NCBI RefSeq assembly: GCF_902459465.1
Contig: NC_047069.1
Location: 6,386,001-6,450,000, forward strand
DNA: 64,000 bases
DNA from: Asterias rubens
Lineage: Eukaryota
Direction: 5' to 3'
Numbering within the stretch: position 1 is the first letter of the stretch; each line of letters begins with the position of its first letter. The position numbers and the translations under genes are program-made. Below, piece after piece: positions 47,689 through 64,000 of this stretch. The notes below the pieces were generated by a model. The model had not been told where the DNA came from, did no database searches, and saw nothing but the letters and a program-made list of their open reading frames with translations.

Positions 47689-50600
47689 TAAGTCTATTAA
47701 ACTCAAAATCTTAGCACAGGCTTAGCATAGGTGACCAGCCAAAATGCTATGTAATGGTCATTGCTTGGAAAAGGTGTTTTTCCATTTTTTTATGCTGATA
47801 TGTACAATGAAGTTTCTAAGTAAGTTTTTGTCTTCTAAAATTAGGCCTCAGACCTTTAAAGGGATTAATTAGTAGTGTAGGCTTACCTCTTTTATTTTAA
47901 AATATTTTTCAAAAAACAAACAAACCTGTTTTCACAGTTCAATTTTTACAAACAACAATTACAAATAGGGATTGATAAGTATGAATAATAGTAAATATTT
48001 TGTTTGTTTACTTGAATCTTTGCTGCTATAGAGCATACACATGGAGAATATATTTGCCGGAGGGAGGATGGCAGGTTGGTACGACCCAGCCAAGATGCGA
48101 ATTGAACATATCAAGTTTGGGGTCGTCTTAGGTGAAGACAAGTAAGACCAGGATGTTCATCAATTTTATGAAATGTTTCTCTCATGCTGGTTGTATGTTA
48201 TTTAATTGAAGATTAGCATCATAGAATGAAACTACTATCCTTGACAGTACTTTACTTTTTACAAAGTTGCGGTTTCTTTTTTCGGAAGTGGTTATTATTC
48301 GTATTACTTTCTCTAAAAGGCACTGGACACCTTTGGTAATTGTCAAAGACCCAAATTCTCACAAGGTGTATCCCACCATATTCATAAAATAACAAATCTG
48401 TGAACATTTGGACTCAATTGGTCATCACAGTTGCAAGAGAAAAACTAAAGAAACAACACCCTTGTTGCACAAATTATTTGTGCTTTCAGATGCCTAATAA
48501 AATGTTTCAGCTAAAGTCTTTTATTATTTGAGTGAGAAATTACCTCTTTCTCAAAACTTGTTACTTCAGAGGAAGCTGTTTCTCACAATGTTTTACACTA
48601 TTAACAGCTCTCCAATGCTTGTTATGCTAACGATTATTTTGAGTAATTACCAATAGTGTCATGTGCCTTTACTTTGATAATTTTTATTTTATTTTTGTTT
48701 CAGGAAAAAGTTCAAAACTCGCTCTGGTGATACTGTACGGCTAGCAGACCTCTTGAACGAGGGAATGAAACGATCATTGGATAAATTGAAAGAGAAAGAA
48801 AGAGACAAGGTAATGACGATGAGAAGCTGAACTAATTAAAGGATAGGATGTCTATATTTCTTGGATGTGGAATCTAATTGCTTTCATTAAACACACTCTG
48901 TGGTGGTTAGACTGCAGGACATGCACTCACAAGGTTGTGGGTTCAAATTCATCCAAGTTACCCACTGATTTCACATTTCCCCCGATGCCTGAAGTTGATG
49001 ACACAACCAAACGAAGCTTAGTAATTGAAGACTTCTTAAAACTCATTAGAAACAAATTATTGACTTTATATCCTAGATGCAAAATTAATGTATATCAAAT
49101 TGTTGCGGTACCCGCTGCTACCACATAGGATTCAAACTGCCTCCAGCCACCAGGCAAGCTCTGGGGTCTAGCTTAGTATTGCAAGTTGTGTGCTCAAATC
49201 CCACCCGAGTGATTTTGCTCGTCTATTTTTTTTCACAGAACTTGGGAATGTTTAATACACATTGGTGTAAAGGTAAAATACAAATCATATTTTTTATCTT
49301 TGATGCAAAACTGACATCTTTGTCATGTGAACTTCCAATTTCTATCTTAAAGGTATTGACTGAAGAGGAACTGCTGGCAGCCCAGCGTTCTGTAGCCTAT
49401 GGCTGTATCAAGTATGCTGACTTGTGCCACAATCGTATTTGTGATTACGTCTTCTCATTTGATAAGGTAAGGCACAAGTTGGATTTTGTGTTCTGTTACA
49501 GAGCAGGTGCGAAAGCAATTTTGTGTGTGCGAGTAAGAAATTAACCCACCCATATCACACAAGTCATTTGTTTTTAGGTGCTGTGAATTCGAGACCTCAG
49601 CTGAGGTCTCGAATTCTCTTCAAATATTTAAGTGAGAAATTACTTCTTTCTCAAAAACTTCGCTACTTCAGAGGACGCCGTGTTTCACAATGTTTTTTAC
49701 TATCCAACAACTCTATATTGCTTGTTACTAAGTAAATTTTTATGCTAACAATTATTTTGAGTGATTACCAATCGAGTGTAGTGCCTTTAAGTACAAGTTA
49801 ACATACAAGACCCTTATTTTTGAAATGTTTGTCTTGTTTGTGGTATGGAATCACAATTCGATGCACATTTGAAGCTCAGTGCAAAGGTGGTATTTCAAAA
49901 ACAATTACTCTTGATTCCTTTGTTTTACTAATTGTCCTTTTTGTCCTGACTAGATGTTGGATGACAAGGGCAACACGGCTGTGTATCTTCTGTACGCATT
50001 CACCAGAATCAAGTAAGAATCAGATATCAACTTTATGTCTCTCTAAACAGTAAGCCCGCAATCGGCTCTTACGGTTGCTCAGAATTTTGTGCTTTAGATA
50101 ACCATATTTCATAGGTTGACCACAAAATCTTGCTTTTAAGCCTGTATTTGGGTTTGATTTTGTTTTGGGGAAAAACTCATTTGCAATAGCAAGCAAAATT
50201 AAACCAAAATAAATAAACAGCGGTTATGCATTAAGCAAAGCAATTGACGATCCACACGTTGCGGCATTGTTAGAATGAAAAGACAGTCTGGGGGATTGCG
50301 GCATTGTTGGAACGAAAAAACGGTCTCAAGGAGCCTTGTTTTTTTAATGACAAATTTTGTTGTGTCTGTTTTTGTTTGTGTTGTGTTTTGTTGTTGGTTT
50401 TACTGCGCCTTGAACACCCAGCAGGGTGGAGATGTNNNNNNNNNNNNNNNNNNNNNNNNNNNNNNNNNNNNNNNNNNNNNNNNNNNNNNNNNNNNNNNNN
50501 NNNNNNNNNNNNNNNNNNNNNNNNNNNNNNNNNNNNNNNNNNNNNNNNNNNNNNNNNNNNNNNNNNNNNNNNNNNNNNNNNNNNNNNNNNNNNNNNNNNN

Positions 50601-53600
50601 NNNNNNNNNNNNNNNNNNNNNNNNNNNNNNNNNNNNNNNNNNNNNNNNNNNNNNNNNNNNNNNNNNNNNNNNNNNNNNNNNNNNNNNNNNNNNNNNNNNN
50701 NNNNNNNNNNNNNNNNNNNNNNNNNNNNNNNNNNNNNNNNNNNNNNNNNNNNNNNNNNNNNNNNNNNNNNNNNNNNNNNNNNNNNNNNNNNNNNNNNNNN
50801 NNNNNNNNNNNNNNNNNNNNNNNNNNNNNNNNNNNNNNNNNNNNNNNNNNNNNNNNNNNNNNNNNNNNNNNNNNNNNNNNNNNNNNNNNNNNNNNNNNNN
50901 NNNNNNNNNNNNNNNNNNNNNNNNNNNNNNNNNNNNNNAAGGATTCTTCCAACAAAGATGTTGATTTTAACTGGACTATAGGTATTATTTCACGCAGTGA
51001 TCAGAAAAGAAAAAAAAATCAATCATCAGCAGACAAGGTGCACCAAAAGATAAACTGAACCGATGTTTTGGGGTGTCTAAAAAATCAGATAAGACTCGCC
51101 TTATCCGCAGGATAATATACACATAATGAATGTTTATGAGTGCAATGGTGCAAATATGTTCATGAGTTGAAAGATGGAATGTTCTATTCAACGAGGCGGA
51201 GCCGAGTTGAATGGAACATTCCAGCTTTCAACGAATGAACATATTCGCACCATTGCACGAATGAAAAACATTCATTATTTGTTTTATATAACATCCAAGT
51301 AGATCTTTGTCATTTTGATTGAAAGATACAACTTTCAAAACAAACAAAGCGTAGGCCTCCAATTTTTAATTGTAGAAGACGAATGCTAGTAATTTTACTT
51401 ATATGCTTTGCTGCGTTACCGAAGACAACGCGCACGCAGTGATGTTTTTACTCAGCTTTTTCATTCCATCCGAAAAGTACCATTGCACGCTGGCAGCGTG
51501 CAATGGTACTTTTCGGATGGAACGAAAAAGCACGGTCAGTGACTCAGCGTGCAATGGTACTTTTATTTGCTATCACGTGACGGACAATCCTCCAATCAAA
51601 TGGCAAGGATCTGCTTGGGTGTTATATAATATGGTAAATTACACAAGGTACAATAAATATTCTGTTGCATTGAATTTATTAATAATATATTATTCAGACA
51701 GCATGGGGTGTAGGCTTGCATGCACGGAGATGTAAGCTGAAGTAACAAAATATAATGCAAAAGATACGAGTACCTCGAAAAAGACGACGGTCAGCAAGAG
51801 AAGAAGTCTCTTTAATTTTCGGGTATCGAGTTCCTTCAAAGCCTCTCCTTCAGCTTTCTTCACGCTATTCTGCTGGTCTGCCAAAAGTTGAGCTAATCCC
51901 TTTTTCTGGAGTTTGGAGACAGTCATCGATTCTGATCTTCTTTTGCTCAGCAACTAACTCTTTCGGCCTCCAGAAGCACTTCTATCGCTGAGTCTTGATC
52001 TTCAGCCTTGTTTATCAAGGCCAGCTTAGCCTTCTCTTAAGTTATTTATAATATTATTTTCCCGGAGAACTGGAATTGTTGCCTCTTTCCAGCTCATTGG
52101 CCTCTACATGTAGCTTTTTTTAAAGTTCTTTTATGGACGTTGATTCCGTTTTTGAAATAGAAATAACGTCAAAACGCTCACCAAAGAAGTGTTTGAATTT
52201 CTCGAACACTCAAGCAGTATCATGAGTGTGTCTCTCATCGATCGACATATTATCAGCTTTCAAAAACTTAGGATACATTAGTATAAGAGCAAATCGAGTG
52301 AACAGCGAACCAGCATTTGTGTGCATGAGCATGAAGTGAAAGGCGTAGGCCAGAGGTTTGGTGTTTGGCATGTTGAACTTATCGGACAGCAGGTCGGAAA
52401 CCATTGCTAGACAGTCCTCATTTATTTCTTGTGTGATTCGCCGACTCAAATGTGTGGTCAGAAATATGCTTTTCTGCATTTTCCAGTATTGGTGTAAGCT
52501 TTCCCAACTCTTTTATTCTTCCTTTTTGACTTAAACCAAATAGATGTTTTGAAGCTTTCCTCTAGCTTGTCAATTCGATGGTAGATGTCTCAGTCTTCAG
52601 TGAGGCTATCACAAACAAATTGTTGAATCTCACCATCATCACTGGTTATGGGTTTGTTTGTCGCTGAGCCTGGTAGACATACATGGTCTCCTGAGGTCAC
52701 AGATTACTTGATTTTGCCTTTCTAGTGGTCATGTTGAAGATCTCTTGTTTATGACAGTGGTGGCAGTGGTTAGTTGACTAAAGGATTGTTCGAGGATTTG
52801 ACAAAAAAAAAACAGCTAAGGAGCGGAAATTCACAGAAAACTACATGTTTGGGGGGAGCCAGGATTTGACCAAATAAAGCAGCTAAAAAAATGGAAATTT
52901 ACAGAAAATTTCATTTTTAAGGGGGAGCTCAAGGAAGAGGCGTGTTCGTAGCCACGTGATCTCCTCTAAACCAGTGATTGAATGTATAAACTGTACCGTG
53001 TATTTGTGAATGACGAGTAAATAATTGTTTACATTGCTTACAGATCCATTGCACGTCTTGCCAAAATAGACCAAGCAGCCATCCTGAAAGCAGCAGCCAC
53101 GACCCCCATTGACCTGACCCACGCCAAGGAGTGGAAACTGGCCAAGTGCCTGTCCCGCTTCCCTGAGATCATCACACGCATCCTGAGTGAGATGCTCATG
53201 CACATGCTATGTGAGTATCTGTATGAGCTGACCACGACATTCACCGAGTTCTACGATGTGTGCTACTGTGTGGAGAAAGACAGGCAAACAGGTTGGTGAA
53301 CAATGAGCCACAATCGTCACAACAATTGCATCTTAATACATGTAAACTAAATAAACTCCTTTTATTAGCACATTGTAGGGTTGACAACACTTAGACGAAA
53401 GTGTTTGATTCTACTTTTGTCTTTTTCCTAGGCAGCCCATCTATTGTTTTCTCTGTGCCAGCCCCCCCCCCCCCCAATCAGTCTCTGGGTTAAAATAGAC
53501 AATATTCTTTATCTCTGATGCAAAATAAACATCTAGTAACGAGACAGACAGTGCATAGCACTAACCACCGATTATTTCTCAAATACCAAGATATTTCCAT

Positions 53601-54148
53601 AACAATAAAAATTAAAAGCATTTTATTTTTAAGTAAAATCATTTGAAGTGAAACATCAGCGAATGTCAATGTTTATTTAGTGTCTGTGGTAACATCATGT
53701 CTGTGCATCTACTTTGATGTGTAGATTGATTATTAAATCAGGGAGGGCTACAGATAAAACAATAGGTGCAATGTAGACTGCATTGGAGAAAGACAAAAGG
53801 GGAATCAAACACCATCATCAACAGGGTATGTCACCCTTACATCATATGATGCTATATATCTATGTGAGATGATTTACATGTAAGACACACTATCTTAGGA
53901 CTGTGTTCTAGTATTACTGTCCTTTGTTATGAGATTTCTATTAAACTATATTCAGTATATAAAGTTAAAGATAAATTTAAGCAGTATTTTTGCTAGTTGG
54001 GTTTTTATTAATTCATTTCCGTTATTATTTTGTTGAAGGTGAAATTGTGAAAGTTAACATGAGTCGGATTCTTCTGTGTGAAGCCGCAGCGGCTGTCATG
54101 GCAAAAGGGTTTCACATCTTGGGACTTGAACCTGTCAACAGAATGTAA
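34446..54148 (+). CDS. RARS1: Arginine--tRNA ligase, cytoplasmic, 667 aa; join(34446..34490,37706..37837,38895..39104,39638..39727,40793..41018,41205..41341,42453..42582,45088..45195,45567..45745,48032..48141,48704..48809,49353..49466,49954..50012,53044..53291,54039..54148)
   Basis: [23 protein letters not shown], class I HIGH motif [104 protein letters not shown]-terminal [16 protein letters not shown]; N-terminal leucine-zipper extension. 15 exons sum to 2004 nt, in frame. Confidence 0.98.
34647..35117 (+). mobile_element. MITE with GAGTTGACGGC sub-repeats in its TIRs (copy 1)
   Basis: TIR GGTCCTACTA(GCTA)CTTGCCGTCAACTCGCC / GGCGAGTTGACGGCAAGTAGTAGGACC. Confidence 0.85.
35288..35420. mobile_element. 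Small palindromic MITE
   Basis: TTTCCGTATGGCGCCACCACTTTTTCA / TGAAAAAGTGGTGGCGCCATACGGAAA. Confidence 0.8.
35446..35904 (-). mobile_element. MITE copy 2, inverted relative to 34647-35117
   Basis: Reverse complement of copy 1 over its whole length, with scattered substitutions. Confidence 0.85.
37973..38495. mobile_element. Harbinger-like MITE (CTG TSD) carrying a nested family-A MITE (about 37997-38368)
   Basis: CTG|GTCCCAATTTC ... GAATTGGGCT|CTG; internal AGGCATTGGACACTATTGGTAATT ... AATTACCAATAGTGTCC. Confidence 0.65.
40498..40737. mobile_element. Palindromic MITE
   Basis: AAGGTTTGCGGTAACACCATGTAATGACTATCTCTAATGAGT / ACTCATTAGAGATAGTCATTACATGTTGTTACGGCAAACCTT; related fragments at about 27410-27860 and 39110-39300. 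Confidence 0.8.
41515..42250 (+). mobile_element. Two family-A MITEs head-to-tail sharing one TTAA
   Basis: TTAA|AGGCAGTGGACACTATTGG (41515) ... CCAATAGTGTCCACTGCCT (41891)|TTAA|AGACACTGGACACC (41896) ... about 42250. Confidence 0.85.
42977..43596. mobile_element. Foldback DNA transposon with ~9-bp TSD, nested in an older element (about 42720-43740)
   Basis: Perfect 20-bp TIR TAGCCTTGCTCAAGGCAGTC with degenerate arms extending ~200 bp; TSD TAGCTGGAG (42968-42976) / TAGCTGGGG (43597-43605); host element has CATAAATACCT / AGGTATTTATG ends. Confidence 0.75.
44047..44945. mobile_element. Non-autonomous PIF/Harbinger element (899 bp)
   Basis: TIR GGCCAAACAAAATAATATGTGTGTTTCC / GGAAACACATATATTATTTTGTTTGGCC; TTA TSD at 44044-44046 and 44946-44948. 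Confidence 0.88.
46220..47178 (+). repeat. Compound satellite: (GATT)n tracts separated by a ~90-120-bp repeated spacer, about 7 units
   Basis: Recurring TTTCCTATT..TCTTTATATTCATTGCATTCATATTGATTGGAATTGGAAACAATGTTG followed by (ATTG)n of varying length. Confidence 0.88.
48317..48670 (+). mobile_element. MITE family A
   Basis: AGGCACTGGACACCTTTGGTAATT ... AATTACCAATAGTGTCATGTGCCT; partial copy also at about 49575-49790. Confidence 0.75.
50436..50938. other. Assembly gap (503 N) in RARS1 intron 13
   Basis: Run of N; preceded by a SINE-tail-like sequence. No RARS1 coding sequence is missing (the exon 13/14 junction is in frame). Confidence 0.99.
51095..51645. mobile_element. Non-autonomous element, Crypton-like
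   Basis: Large internal palindrome centred on TTCAACGAGGCGGAGCCGAGTTGAA; TTATATAACA / TGTTATATAA inverted pair; CCAATC motif near the end. Class by architecture only. Confidence 0.5.
51690..52730 (-). pseudogene. Decayed coding-like segment, tentatively LINE ORF1p-like
   Basis: Interrupted frames give [41 protein letters not shown] and [15 protein letters not shown], loosely resembling the coiled-coil/RRM/CTD layout of non-LTR ORF1 proteins; multiple stops and frameshifts. Confidence 0.3.
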
Positions 54149-55012
54149 TTCATCAGGGTTCACATCCAACCAGCCCCCATCAACAAAAAGCAACAAATGA
54201 AAAGAAAAAATGGAATGTGGTAGAAACTCACCATGGTTTAAGCTGGCTGGAAGTATAATTAATTGCTGTACTGGGTTCAAATCTCACCATAGTATCGGCT
54301 TAAGAGTCTGTCGATTTAGTTGCATAATTTTTTAGGAAGCCATAAATGATGTTGATAAATTTCTTTATATAAAACAATAGATGCTAATCAACAGTTTTGA
54401 TCAATTTCCACAGGTTGGTTGAACGGTGTGTTCGTTTTAGCTAGAGGATGGGAATGAATTTACCCCTCTGAAAACCTAGTGTACTTTTCCTTCAAGAAGA
54501 GAATTTGGGAAGGAGGGTCTTGCGATATCAATTGGTTCACAATAGGTTTACTGCTGTTAGAACGTTTCACTTTAGGGATTGACATAATCAAAGCATATAT
54601 ACAAACTAAAAGCATAGCTATAAGGGTCTGATTTACTTTGGTAATTCGTTAGTGAAGATTGTGTTTAAAATGAACAGGGTGATCAATTCAAAGCACTTTC
54701 TTGTCGGTCTTCAAAAGTTGTCAAATGGTTATGAAGTGGTACAGAGAGTAGTTTGTTATGTACACAAAAACGAATCAATGACTTTCAAAACTACCTAATT
54801 CCTTTTGTTAAAGACCTTTCCTTTGACAGGTAGCAACCCACACTATTTGGACTTCAGTGTAGTTCAAAGGTTGAAAGAATCTTATGAAATACTTTGTAAT
54901 ATAATCCAGTGCTAAGATTTATAAACAAAAATGTGAAATTGGTCAACACTTTTTTCATGTTCTGTACTCCTACAGACATTGAGACCAGACTGGATTTGAT
55001 CCTTTATTTTGC

Positions 55013-55018
55013 AATAAA
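55013..55018 (+). terminator. Candidate RARS1 polyadenylation signal
   Basis: Overlapping AATAAATAAA ~870 nt after the stop, with GU-rich GTTTCTGTCTTGTTG downstream. Confidence 0.45.
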
Positions 55019-56527
55019 TAAAACTGAGAAGTAGGATACAAAGTGAGGTTTCTGTCTTGTTGCTTTATCCACTGCTTAAGGTTCAGCTTTTAAGTAGGTG
55101 CCTTGCTAACATTGGATGCACTCACAGTTTTACTCATGTACTGTACTCCTGGGCGAAGAGAAGTATTTATGGTCAATCATTCTGACTTAATTTATAAACA
55201 ACTTGTTTATTTAGTAACTTGTAGAAAACATCACTTTGTGAGCAAGTGCATCAAACACATATTTAAAATAATGTGATCCACCACAGTAATCTGATCTGGA
55301 AAGTTGTTCCAGATTTTAGGGCTGTCCTGTAAGTTGTGAATGCTGTAGTATCAGCAAACTAGGAAAAGCAACAAAATCTGGGCTCAACACAGTGTCGGAA
55401 ATGAGTGTACAGGGCCCAATTTCATAGCTCTGCTTACTGCTGGACTCTACGCTTGCAATCAAAATTCTCTACTTACTGTGCAAACGCCGACATTCTGCGG
55501 TATCTTTGTAAGCAAAGAATGCCTATTAATGTGGAGTATGCGCGCATACAAGCCAAAATTCCCTGTTAACCTGTGAAAAACGCTTGACGAGAGTGCTGAA
55601 GTCCTACCTCTGTAATCGCCATTCTTTTGTGATGGTGAGCAGATCCATGTTATTGGGCCATGAAGTGAGGTTGTTGAAGTGGCCTCTGTTTGAGGACTAT
55701 AAACTTTGTCTGGAGCATGTCTATATTGTCATTAGGAACTTGTGTCCAGAGAGCTTTAAACATGATATTTTCTTCTATTAACTTGATTGATTTTTTGTGT
55801 GCGATGGGTAGCCAGTGCTGTTTGATATGAGTTTGGGGGAGGCGTAATGGAGAAGTACAGATTACCCAATTTTAGAGCCTATACAGTGAGGGAAACCGTA
55901 TTTTGTATTCCTCGGTGGTTTAATACTTCTTTTTTCGGTAGACCGCATTGTTACTGGCAAGACTTTCTATTCACCAAGGACAAAATGGCAATGGCCTTTT
56001 TTTCTTCTGGCTGTATATATTGAGTGTCTTGGGTGCCTATACTTAAGATGTCATCTAAGTTTAAAACATGTACATGTATAGGAAGTGCTGAACTAATAGT
56101 ACGAAGAGAAAAAACAGCAGATACAGACTTCATTTCAAAAAGACGTTTTATTCTCATGAAAAGTGTTATGTAATTTGTTTTAAAAGATGTGTAGTACAGT
56201 TTTCTTTTACACCTCAAGTTGTTTCTCCAAAATTCCTTTCTCCGTCTCTATCCAAGATTTTATAGCAGTCCTGTGCAAGTTCTGGTCTTAAAGTCGAAAA
56301 GGTGTGGATTTGAATCCCAGTCATGACACTTGTGTCTATGAGCAAGATACTTTATTACTTTAGTTTCTTCTCTCCATCCAGGGGTAACACCTGTGAGGGC
56401 AGAGATGGTTCTTGTGATTTACATGTATTTAAATTGGCGTGCTACATTTCCGTATGTCACAATCACTGCATCTGCCATGTACAACATTTGCTTAAATGTT
56501 GACTTTTCCCCATTCACTGTATCGATG

Positions 56528-56638
56528 CAGAGCTGCCAACAATTTGCATCTTGTATTCAGGGAGATGTTTTAGAATTACATTTAACATAATAGGGAAAGT
56601 TTCCATAATCAGGGAGAACGTATTTATTGGCAGCTCTG
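56528..56638. mobile_element. Small MITE with CAGAGCTGCCAA TIR
   Basis: CAGAGCTGCCAA / TTGGCAGCTCTG; fragments at about 19655-19722, 22272-22340 and 63230-63280. Confidence 0.6.
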
Positions 56639-57928
56639 GGGGGTTGGCAGCTCCGCCGATGAGCAACCCATAGCGGCTTTGCGTCTGATGTCACAAGCTA
56701 AAGCAACGCCCTCACTAAGGTCAGAAAGTAACGCTGACCGAACAGTAGTGCCTCTTTCCAATGTTTGCCCATGGCACTTTAGCAGGCCCAAAATACACAC
56801 AGCTGGTACAACATCTATTTGTATATTACTTCCTTTAACATGTGAACAATTTCTTGACTTTCTTACCGACATAAATTCTTATATTTTTTAAAATCAACTT
56901 GAACAAAATCCCTTTCTTGACTATATATCCTTGTTGTGTCTGGTTTTAATTTGGTCATAAGTAGGACATTTTGTCGAAATTCAATCTGAAAAACTAGTGT
57001 CCCCCCCCCCCCTTCAAATATTATTTTTCCCCGTGGCAGCACTCTGCATGCTTCCCAGTTCAAAGACTATACAAATGTAGTGTGAAATTAACACTGAAGT
57101 ACCAGTGCCAAAGAAAACCAGTGTAGCACCAGTCTGTGTTGTGATGTAAAATACATCAACACAGACTGGATGAAGGATGGTTATCTTTGTTCCAATATAT
57201 TTGTTGCAATACAGTTTCCATTGTAATGTTTTTCAGGTGTGACACTGATCAAAATCTGGTCTTACAAGTTGATACATTTTTATAAAGTTTTACTTTGTTA
57301 CAAACGCACTCATTTACTTTTCTATAACAAAAGAGTCAGTAATGTAAATTTCTTTCAAGTTGATATTTAAGGAAACAACAACCAGATCTAAGGCATTCAG
57401 AAGATTAACTTCAAACAATAAACATTTCAATAGCTATGCAGCATTTACAATCATTTCAGAAATCAAACATTATCGTAAACTTACAGCATCTTCAAACGAC
57501 GAACATCCCAAAATAAAGAAATTGAACAAGTAATTCCACATGGGAAAAGATCAATTTTTTTCCATTTTACTTCTTGCTCAAAAGCTGGACTGTACATTTG
57601 TGTCCACTTTTACCAAAAATCGCCTAATTCATCAATCAAAGGTATTTCTTATAGCAAAAACTTTATAATTCTGAGAAGACCTCAAATCTTAGAAGTATGT
57701 ATGTAAAAGTCCAATTCTTGCATAAATCCTCAAACCAAAATTCAATCCCATCCCTAAGGTCCTCTGGGGATCAATTGAGCCAGTAGAATTTGGTCACACT
57801 TACTAATAGGACAGGCATCTGACGCCAATAAATCCTGTGGTCCTTGCAGTTTCTGAACGAGATTGAACAGCTGCCCCCCCCCCCTCCTCACTGTTGTTGG
57901 AACCATTCTTCTAACTTCACATCCACCA

Positions 57929-63796
<5,868 letters not shown>

Positions 63797-64000
63797 CTGA
63801 AAAAGACAAGCATTAAAAGCAAAGAAACTCTGGTCAAAGCTTACAATTCACACTATAACTATTTACGGATTTGTTCAGGCTTGAGAGCTACAGTGATTAA
63901 AGGCAGTGGACAGTATTGGTAATAGCATAAAACCTCACTTTGTAACAAGTTATTGGGAGAGGTTGATAGTATAACACACTGAGAAACGGCTCCCTCTGAA

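Noticed and set aside
50275-51058. Long ORFs of 200-230 aa
   Set aside because: Artefacts of translating through the N gap.

Overview
Intron-rich, AT-rich animal genomic DNA, most likely an invertebrate deuterostome such as an echinoderm (inference from protein similarity, intron positions and repeat style). Four spliced genes were reconstructed by hand with GT-AG junctions and consistent phases: the 3' part of LARP1 (+, <1-14073), complete AKAP17A (-, 29818-26193), complete 15-exon cytoplasmic arginyl-tRNA synthetase RARS1 (+, 34446-54148) and the 3' part of ABHD18 (-, >63796-57929). The rest is introns and UTRs packed with non-autonomous DNA transposons, tRNA-derived SINEs, minisatellites and one 503-N gap. 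Main observations: (1) three box C/D snoRNA paralogues, one per intron in the first three visible LARP1 introns, with covarying K-turns and a 12-14 nt guide to 28S rRNA; (2) a fixed-spacing bipartite motif (GGCGCT-N10-ACCGTTAA) noticed five times, all in the AKAP17A/RARS1 divergent promoter interval and each pointing toward a predicted start; (3) a 37-bp satellite that starts at a LARP1 5' splice site and recreates AG|GTGAGC in most of its ~28 units; (4) several large inverted-repeat structures. No database searches or folding programs were run; homologies are recalled and need checking.
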